Shown one piece after another: positions 57,094-64,000 of a stretch of DNA of 64,000 nucleotides. The stretch spans positions 16,747 to 80,746 of the forward strand of contig CAIRCU010000032.1 of assembly GCA_903877165.1 (NCBI GenBank), in the 5' to 3' direction. The position numbers and the translations under genes were made by a program. Below the pieces are notes generated by a model that was not told where the DNA came from, ran no database searches, and worked only from the letters and a program-made list of their open reading frames with translations. Position 1 is the stretch's first letter. The number at the start of each line of letters is the position of its first letter. This DNA is from Methanobacteriota archaeon. Its GTDB lineage: Archaea > Thermoplasmatota > E2 > DHVEG-1.

Positions 57094-58965
57094 CTATCCA
57101 TCCCGATGGAACAAATACGCGAGCAGGGGGAACCGTTCGCACAGTCGTTCCCAAAAGCTTGGGATGCCCTTGCTAAGCGGGGTTGTCATGGAGATGCTGA
57201 TCGTTCCAAAGTCGCTATGATCCTCCGCGTTGACTACCTTGACCGTGCCACTGTAGCTGCCACCGGTAATGCTGAGAGCGGTTGGCGCCACAACCGTGAC
57301 CGTGATGGTCTTAGTGCCGTCCGCAGGTTTGAGGTTGTCACCGCTCGAGGGTGAAAACGACCAGGTGCCCCACGTCGGCCATTCCAGCACCTTCCAGTCC
57401 AGCCGTGAGTTCGCATCGCCGATGTTTTTAACCGTGAAGCTGCCTGTCACCGTCGCTCCTTTCTTCACATTCGTCCATATGAGGCTGCCGGCAGCGTCCA
57501 AGTTCGGGTTCAAGGTCTTCAACGAACAGATGACGACCGCGGCTTCTACAACCGTGTAGTTCGCGCTCACCGGGTACCCTTCGATGTACCAGGTGCAGTT
57601 AATGCCTGGGTCTGGTGAGCCGACGACGACGCTGTACTCATCATGCGAGACGTTCTTCGCATCGTTGTGATCCGTCGCCGCTGGTGTATTGAGGTTGAAG
57701 TCCGGGTCGGAGAATGCGATCTTCAGATCCTGTTGGTTGACTCCGGCGCAAGTGACGAAATGGCCCTCTCCCTTTTCAATCGTCGGGTTGTAGTACTCGG
57801 TTTTAAACGTCCAGTCGAAGAAGGTCGGTCCGGGGATTCCGTTCATCCAGCCCTGTCCTGGCGGATAGGGGTCCGCAGAGGATTGCACATAGAACCATTC
57901 GTAGTGGTACTGGTCAGGGGCGGGGACTTCCAGGACGTCGAAGTAGTACGTGGATCCAGCGACGAGGGGGACCGCGGGGAAGGGGAACTGTATCCAGGTG
58001 GGCACAGCGAGGTTCCCGGGGTTCAGGACCGAGGAAGCTATGGGTGCGGCTGGCGATGGTGCGTTGTAGAGGTTGATCTGAACATCGCACGGCGGCCCGT
58101 TGCTGACGAGGCAGACTTCGATGGCATCCAGCCGGTTGACGGACGGCACGAAGCTTTGGTAGTCCCACCAGGTCGTCGGCTGCAGATTATCATTACTGCT
58201 CATGACAGCCGGCATCATCTGGTCGATGAGTAAACTCCCTTGGCTGGAGGTGTAGTCGCTGAGCAGGAGGATGACGTCTTGACTGCTGGTGATGTTGGTG
58301 CAGATGTTGGAGAACGTCGGGTTCTGATAGGTGTGCTCCACGAACATCGTTGAGAGGCCGGCCGTGGCGAACCAGTTGGTGAGGCCTGTCTGCATATCGC
58401 TGACGTACGTGGTGCCTTTGGATGTCGTCTGCATTGAGTTGGCGAGTTTTTCGATGAGTAAGGGTGCGTTCGCTCTCGCATGGTCGTCGCCCGCGCCGTA
58501 ATCCTTGACGAGGTCGAACTCGTTCTGCCCGTCGCCCGCGGTGCCGTTGGGGTCCTCGAACTTGCTGTCGTACCACCACAGGCAGTTGGCGATTGCCGTG
58601 GGGCCGCAGTAGCACCATTTCGCGACGTCGTCCCCGGCGACGACGCTATCCAGATGGGCGTTGGGGCCTGGGGCGATGCAGTTCTCGGCGACGTTGAGGA
58701 CGTCGTCCCCGGCGACCACGGAATCAATGATCCCGTTGGGTCCGGCGGTGATTTTCTTCCAGGTGTCCTGTTTCTGGTCGAAGTCCGGCATCCCGCCGGG
58801 GGTGTGCGGCGCGTAATTTGGATACGGTGATTTCCAGTACCAAGCCGAGGTCGTGGCCGCGGGTGTTGGGCGTGAACTCATGGCGAGCGAGACTCCTGCG
58901 AACAGGAGGGTGCCGACCACGAGGAGACTAAAAGCTGCCTTTTTCTTGAGTGGGTATGATACCAT
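57094..58965 (-). CDS. secreted protein with putative C39-like papain-fold cysteine peptidase core
   Basis: Signal peptide. WCYCGPTAIANCLWWY resembles the C39/C39-like active-site Cys motif (xCGPaclamil.YY). Duplicated DSVVAGDDV segments. No TM at the C-terminus. Confidence 0.35.
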   Translation of the reverse strand: MVSYPLKKKAAFSLLVVGTLLFAGVSLAMSSRPTPAATTSAWYWKSPYPNYAPHTPGGMPDFDQKQDTWKKITAGPNGIIDSVVAGDDVLNVAENCIAPGPNAHLDSVVAGDDVAKWCYCGPTAIANCLWWYDSKFEDPNGTAGDGQNEFDLVKDYGAGDDHARANAPLLIEKLANSMQTTSKGTTYVSDMQTGLTNWFATAGLSTMFVEHTYQNPTFSNICTNITSSQDVILLLSDYTSSQGSLLIDQMMPAVMSSNDNLQPTTWWDYQSFVPSVNRLDAIEVCLVSNGPPCDVQINLYNAPSPAAPIASSVLNPGNLAVPTWIQFPFPAVPLVAGSTYYFDVLEVPAPDQYHYEWFYVQSSADPYPPGQGWMNGIPGPTFFDWTFKTEYYNPTIEKGEGHFVTCAGVNQQDLKIAFSDPDFNLNTPAATDHNDAKNVSHDEYSVVVGSPDPGINCTWYIEGYPVSANYTVVEAAVVICSLKTLNPNLDAAGSLIWTNVKKGATVTGSFTVKNIGDANSRLDWKVLEWPTWGTWSFSPSSGDNLKPADGTKTITVTVVAPTALSITGGSYSGTVKVVNAEDHSDFGTISISMTTPLSKGIPSFWERLCERFPLLAYLFHRDG

Positions 58966-59289
58966 GTTCCTTGCCTCCCCTTAACAGTCTTTATACTAAT
59001 GGTGGCACATTATAATAAACTTTTCACTGGTTTTCGACAGTCGCCGAAGCCCTTTTCATAGACCAGATATAATACATTCATAACAAAATAGTGCCCTTGC
59101 TTTCCACCCTACGCGGCTTTCTTGGAGAAATTATCCCCGAAGACCATAAGCCATTGGTCGAACGTCACACCCGATTCAATCCCCTTTTTCTCAGCTCACC
59201 AGACGATCCCCTCACTCGATTGCCACCGGAGTTCTTTCACCCCGCGGAACAAAGATTAATACCCGCCCGATGGTACATGCCCCCTTGCT

Positions 59290-60318
59290 ATGCGGGAGCT
59301 GCCCACCCTGGCCCGATACCCGTTCCTTGCGGACACCCGGCAGTACATCAAAGACCACGGTCCCGCCATCACGGACCTGCTTCACGACTTACTGTACGAG
59401 CGCGCACGGCTCACCAGCATCGAACGCCTCGACAACGCACTTTCGGACAGCGACGTCGGTGAACGCAGCCTCGCCACCGACGCGGACTGCATCATGGAGA
59501 TCCTCTCCTACCCCCTCGCCCGCATGGTCACGGTCTGCATCAGCGACCCCTACTTCCAACGCCGCTACGCACTCGGCGAGGCGTACCACACCTACAAGTA
59601 CCTCCTCACCGAGCCCACCTCCTTCCTCTCTGCGGTCGCCAAGGAACTGGGACTTTCCGTCCACTACACCCCGGAGACCAGACTGCGCCTCTTCTTCAAA
59701 GACTACCTCAGGTACGCTCCCACCACGTACAAAGAATGGAAGATGGTCAACCGCGAGGTCGCCGGCGGCTACATCGCTCTCTCCCACAAAGACCTCGCCA
59801 GAGTCGTCCAAGAGACGCTGCGCGCCCGCATCAACACCGAGCTGTCCGGCCGCCCCTGTGACGAAGACGTCAACCGCATCTTCATGGAAGACATCCGCCG
59901 CCTCCAGACCATCCTGCAGCAGCGCCAGCGCCGCCAGGATGCCGTCCCCGTCGGCAAACTCCACCCCGAGCACCTCCCTCCCTGCATGACCGACCTGCTG
60001 GCTGCGACCCAGGCCGGCGAGAACGTCCCCCACATGGGCCGCTTCGCCCTCGTCGCCTTCCTCAACAGCCTGAAACTCAGTCCTACCGACATCCTCAAGC
60101 TCTTCAGTACCGCCCCGGACTTCGAAGAAGAAAAATCACGGTACCAGATCGACCACATCACCGGTGCCACCTCCTCGACGTCGTACAAATGCCCGGGTTG
60201 CGACAAGATGCGCACCTACGGGATTTGCCCTACTGAAAAAATGGATGGGCTCTGCCGGCGTACCCGTCATCCCCTCAACTACTATAGCGCGAAATGGCGC
60301 CAGGAGAAGAAACAATGA
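59290..60318 (+). CDS. priL: DNA primase large subunit PriL (Fe-S)
   Basis: HMGRFALVAFL motif. C-terminal Cys cluster (PPCM...CPGCDK...C...C). ~340 aa. Confidence 0.65.
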   Translation: MRELPTLARYPFLADTRQYIKDHGPAITDLLHDLLYERARLTSIERLDNALSDSDVGERSLATDADCIMEILSYPLARMVTVCISDPYFQRRYALGEAYHTYKYLLTEPTSFLSAVAKELGLSVHYTPETRLRLFFKDYLRYAPTTYKEWKMVNREVAGGYIALSHKDLARVVQETLRARINTELSGRPCDEDVNRIFMEDIRRLQTILQQRQRRQDAVPVGKLHPEHLPPCMTDLLAATQAGENVPHMGRFALVAFLNSLKLSPTDILKLFSTAPDFEEEKSRYQIDHITGATSSTSYKCPGCDKMRTYGICPTEKMDGLCRRTRHPLNYYSAKWRQEKKQ

Positions 60319-60914
60319 ACACGTTTGTGACCTTCGAAGGCATCGACGGCTCAGGGAAATCCACGGTCTCCGGACGCGTCTGCGAAGAACTCAAGCGACG
60401 AGTTCTCAAGGTCGTGCTCACCGCAGAGCCGACCAAGACCCCAATCGGCGAGTTCGTCAACACCTGCATCCGCACCAACGCCAACCCGTACCTGACCGCA
60501 TTCACTTTCATCGCGGACCGCATCCAGCACTGTGCTCAGATCACCCAATGGCTCGACGAAGGCAAGATAGTCCTCTGCGACCGATACGCCGAGTCCACCT
60601 ATGCGTACCAAGGCGCCCAGCTCCAAGGAACCATCCGCTCTCCGATGAAATGGCTACAGGACCTCTCCAACGGCAAGATCATCATTCCGGACCGGACGTT
60701 CCTCTTCGTCATCCCGCCTGTCAAGGCGGTCGCCCGCATCCAGCAACGTACGGAACTCATTCCCTTTGAACGTCAGGCGTTTCTGGAACGCGTCCACCGC
60801 AACTACCTTCGTCTCTGCACTGGTCCGCGGTTCACCCGGCTTGATGCGACTCTTCCCATTGAGACCCTCGTCTTACAGTGCGTGCAGACAATCATCGGAG
60901 GGAAAAATGAGTAA
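60315..60914 (+). CDS. tmk: thymidylate kinase
   Basis: FVTFEGIDGSGKST P-loop. DRY motif. Start at the internal ATG MNTFV overlapping the priL stop. Confidence 0.8.
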   Translation: MNTFVTFEGIDGSGKSTVSGRVCEELKRRVLKVVLTAEPTKTPIGEFVNTCIRTNANPYLTAFTFIADRIQHCAQITQWLDEGKIVLCDRYAESTYAYQGAQLQGTIRSPMKWLQDLSNGKIIIPDRTFLFVIPPVKAVARIQQRTELIPFERQAFLERVHRNYLRLCTGPRFTRLDATLPIETLVLQCVQTIIGGKNE

Positions 60915-60976
60915 AGATATCACATTTGATAGAATTAATTATATCATATTTGGTATAAACTTATGGTGAGCCAGGA

Positions 60977-61648
60977 ATGAACAACGCCTACAAACTTATC
61001 ATATTTGATATGGACGGCACGTTGCTGAAAGACCATTTTATTTACGCTTACGCTGACCACTGCGGCTTTCGCCCTCAACTCACAGACACCATGATCCACC
61101 CGCGTGCCGAACCCTACATGACCAGCATCGCGGTCGCACGGCTCCTCAAGGATCGAGACAGCAAGGAAATGCTTTCCGTCTTCGGCCGAGTTCCCATGCA
61201 AACCCACCTTACTTCTCTGTTTGACGCCATCAATCAGACCGGGATGAAAACTGCAGTCATCAGCGCCAGCTACCACTTCATTGTCGAACGCCTCCGCACA
61301 AACCTTGGTCTCACCTACGGTTTTTCTAACACCTTGATCCTTGACAAGAGCATCGCCACTGGAGAGATCCGCATCCACAACCGAGAAAAAATCCCGTATC
61401 TTGGAAAAATCTACTCCATCAATAAAGGAGCGATACTAGAGGAACTCTGCAAAAATCTTGGCATTTCAACAACAGAGGTCATCGCTATCGGCGATGGGCC
61501 GATTGACCGCAGCATGATAGAAAAAGCAGGCCTCGGTGTGGCATTCAACGCCAACCCCGACGTCCAACAAGTCGCCGCCCTTCAGACATCTGATCTACGG
61601 GATCTCATCCCGTACGTGACAGGAGAACAACACAAACCATTACATTAG
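60977..61648 (+). CDS. HAD-superfamily hydrolase, phosphoserine phosphatase (SerB)-like
   Basis: IIFDMDGTL motif I. IAIGDGPIDRSM plus AGLGVAFNA motifs III/IV. Confidence 0.6.
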   Translation: MNNAYKLIIFDMDGTLLKDHFIYAYADHCGFRPQLTDTMIHPRAEPYMTSIAVARLLKDRDSKEMLSVFGRVPMQTHLTSLFDAINQTGMKTAVISASYHFIVERLRTNLGLTYGFSNTLILDKSIATGEIRIHNREKIPYLGKIYSINKGAILEELCKNLGISTTEVIAIGDGPIDRSMIEKAGLGVAFNANPDVQQVAALQTSDLRDLIPYVTGEQHKPLH

Positions 61649-61877
61649 TTGTCTTTGTGTTCACGTGCAAGCGAACGTGCATGCTGGCCAACGATAAAGA
61701 GCCGAGCGATAAACGTGATTTCATTTGCTTCCTCCTGACTTGAAACCTGGCCGACGATCATCATCACATCGAAGGTTCGATTACCGTATTAAAGCGTTTG
61801 TTGTACAGCTCATACCCGCTTCAAAAACAACGCCGCCACCGCAAATAATTTCTTATCAGATTTGATATGAATGTGAT

Positions 61878-64000
61878 TTACATCCACGAGTCAAGACCCG
61901 TCTGTTCTGTCGCCACAAGATTCGACAATCCAAAGGCTCCCTGGATGTAATTCTCTATCATCTTTTTGTACCAATCTAAGTCGATCTCCTGGCGATCTTT
62001 CACCAAATCCACGGGATACATATAGTCAATAGGCTTCACACCACTTTTCGAAGGCTTGGGGATTCCTGGCAGCGGCCTCTTCGTCACCACGAACCGTAGC
62101 TTCATCCGACTGCGAATCCGTTGGCCCAGCAGTTTCTCAAGCGCCTCGGAGCGGACGCTGAACGCCGAGCTTGAACCGTTCTTCGTCGTCTTATACTGCC
62201 GTTCCGGCTGCACCGACTGAATCAATGTCAGATCATTGAGGTTCACTCGAGTCAGATCCAGGGAAGCGACCGTCTCCTTCGTCGCAGCCTTGATGCTGTT
62301 CTTCACCGCGGAGCGGGCGCTCTCCTCGTCATCCCACTCAGGGTTCTCACGCAGGACACGGAACATGATCTCTTCAAGGGCGATTCGTGCGATGTTCGCC
62401 TTGTCCGATCCCTTGAAATTGTTGCCTTTCGTGACCATCTCGAGATGGCCTTTATACTCATCAAAAATCAGGTAGTTCTTATGCTTTACGAAGATCATGG
62501 CATCGTGCTTTTCCGCCTCCAGCTCGAACTCCGGGTACTGCAGTAATGACTGCCACTTGGTGTTGCAGTCCTTGATCGCCTTATGCGCGACCTCAGGTTT
62601 CGTAATCCATTTCGTCTCATCTGGGGCGGTTGTGATGCCGAGGGCTTTAACGAAATCAGGGAGGTTTCCTGCGGACTTTGAACAGCCGAGGTAAATCCCA
62701 TCGGTATCCCCGTAGACGACACGGATGTTCTGCGCGTTGAGCATGGAGAGCGTATCCGCAAGGATCATCTGCCCTCGAGTCGTGATCGCGGCCGCCCCCC
62801 AGAGGTTGAACTGCCGACCGCTGACCAAAGGTGCAGCGAGGATACCATGGGTACCGGCATTGCGCGCGCCTTTCACACTCTGATACATCATCTGGAGACG
62901 ACTGAGGTCCACGGTCTTGCCTTTCGCCTGGGACGCTTTCAGTTCTTGTTTGATGGCCTTGATCATGCTCATGATGCCCGTCATGGACCGGTTGACAACC
63001 CCGGGATTTCTGTCAATCCGCACGCCAATCATCACCCCGGTGTCCGCGTAGGGGTCTTCTGGGCCGATGGGTCGCCAGCGGACGTCCACGCTGTCCAGGA
63101 AGGCTTGCGGGAGTTTCTTCAGCCACACCCAAGCGTCCGGCTGCTCGTCATGCTTCGCGAGTTTCACGGTGTCCGCGCCGATGTTCATGGCTTTCAGAAT
63201 CGTGGGGTACATCGCGCCGACGTCAGCGACGACGACGTTATACCAGGGGATGAAATGGGACTTGGCCTCGGTGTCCGGCTTCAGCGTCATACCGCCGGGC
63301 ATGTGGTAGTTGACCACGTCCTCATCATCCTCCGAGCTGTTCTCTTTGTAGATGACGGCAGGGTATTGGACCCAGTCGGGCATCTCGTCGCCGTATTTGA
63401 GGACTCGGATGAAATCTTTAGAGAGCTGGTCCCGTTTCTTGCGTGCTTCGGTGACGAGGTCGTGTTTGGTACGGCAACTGGGGAAGTAATGGACGAGGGT
63501 CTGGGCGATGGATTTCACGCGGCAGATCGGCGGCATGATTTTCTTGAGGTAGGCGCTGCGCAGGAGCGCCATGTGATCCCACATGTTGACGGCGCCGGTT
63601 GAGAGCACCATGTTGAAGGGCAGTCCGGTGGTGAAGGCGAGCGGGAGCGACTGTTCGAGAAGGTTGATAGTAACGCCGAGCTGTTCTTGGATGTCGTGGC
63701 GGTTGTAGGCCAGCGTCCGGTCATCGAGTTTGATCTCTGAAGGGGTGAGGTAGATGCGATCCTTGAGGTTGATGCCGAGGAACGGCGCGAGCGCTTTGAG
63801 GCGGTAATCGTCGAGGAACGGGTAGAATTTACGGGCGGCGATGTAGGTGTCGAAGCAGCTGGGGTAAAACTGCATGATGTCGTCGCGCATGACGCCGAAG
63901 TGGAAGCTGCGGTCGGGGCGCGTCTGGGTGGTGGTGAAGGTGGTGAACGCCTCTTTCTCGCGTTTGGAGAGCTGGTCGGCGGCGTGCTGCAGCAGCCAGG
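61878..64000 (-). CDS. polB: family B DNA polymerase (partial; N-terminus beyond the window end)
   Basis: VVADVGAMYPTIL (motif A, DxxSLYPSI-like). YGDTDGIYL (motif C, YGDTD). The reading frame stays open upstream of the first ATG through position 64000. Confidence 0.8.
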   Translation of the reverse strand, partial: WLLQHAADQLSKREKEAFTTFTTTQTRPDRSFHFGVMRDDIMQFYPSCFDTYIAARKFYPFLDDYRLKALAPFLGINLKDRIYLTPSEIKLDDRTLAYNRHDIQEQLGVTINLLEQSLPLAFTTGLPFNMVLSTGAVNMWDHMALLRSAYLKKIMPPICRVKSIAQTLVHYFPSCRTKHDLVTEARKKRDQLSKDFIRVLKYGDEMPDWVQYPAVIYKENSSEDDEDVVNYHMPGGMTLKPDTEAKSHFIPWYNVVVADVGAMYPTILKAMNIGADTVKLAKHDEQPDAWVWLKKLPQAFLDSVDVRWRPIGPEDPYADTGVMIGVRIDRNPGVVNRSMTGIMSMIKAIKQELKASQAKGKTVDLSRLQMMYQSVKGARNAGTHGILAAPLVSGRQFNLWGAAAITTRGQMILADTLSMLNAQNIRVVYGDTDGIYLGCSKSAGNLPDFVKALGITTAPDETKWITKPEVAHKAIKDCNTKWQSLLQYPEFELEAEKHDAMIFVKHKNYLIFDEYKGHLEMVTKGNNFKGSDKANIARIALEEIMFRVLRENPEWDDEESARSAVKNSIKAATKETVASLDLTRVNLNDLTLIQSVQPERQYKTTKNGSSSAFSVRSEALEKLLGQRIRSRMKLRFVVTKRPLPGIPKPSKSGVKPIDYMYPVDLVKDRQEIDLDWYKKMIENYIQGAFGLSNLVATEQTGLDSWM

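Overview
This is a high-GC (about 60%) archaeal chromosomal segment, dense with housekeeping and isoprenoid-related genes plus two lower-GC islands.

Housekeeping genes:
- ATP-citrate lyase (aclB/aclA) operon with an HD hydrolase.
- Archaeal alternative mevalonate pathway: AcnX-type phosphomevalonate dehydratase large and small subunits, UbiD-family decarboxylase, mevalonate kinase.
- Riboflavin/FAD cluster (ribB-ribL-ribC-ribH).
- tRNA enzymes TruD, Trm11 and RNase Z.
- GlyRS, PFK, bifunctional PGI/PMI, a P-type ATPase, dCMP deaminase, a CDF transporter, an M24 peptidase.
- L-serine dehydratase subunits, PriL, Tmk, a SerB-like HAD and a partial family-B DNA polymerase.
- Two tRNAs: Pro-GGG and Met/Ile2-CAT.

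Notable accessory content:
- 3.3-11.6 kb: three UbiA-family prenyltransferases, each paired with a methyltransferase-like gene, plus an OTC-family transcarbamylase with an altered SMG motif and a CrtC/AttH-like protein.
- An imperfect 85-bp direct repeat, carrying a tRNA-Pro 3' fragment, brackets one of these pairs.
- 1-3.3 kb: a low-GC island encoding a PQQ-repeat/FN3 surface protein, divergent from a radical SAM/SPASM enzyme.
- A Cas4-like nuclease gene split by a transmembrane hairpin at a C5 homopolymer.
- 49.7-59 kb: an island of paralogous secreted proteins (DUF2341/LamG, PKD and C39-like domains) next to tRNA-Met.
- ribB and rps17e apparently lack canonical start codons.

No CRISPR array or rRNA was found.
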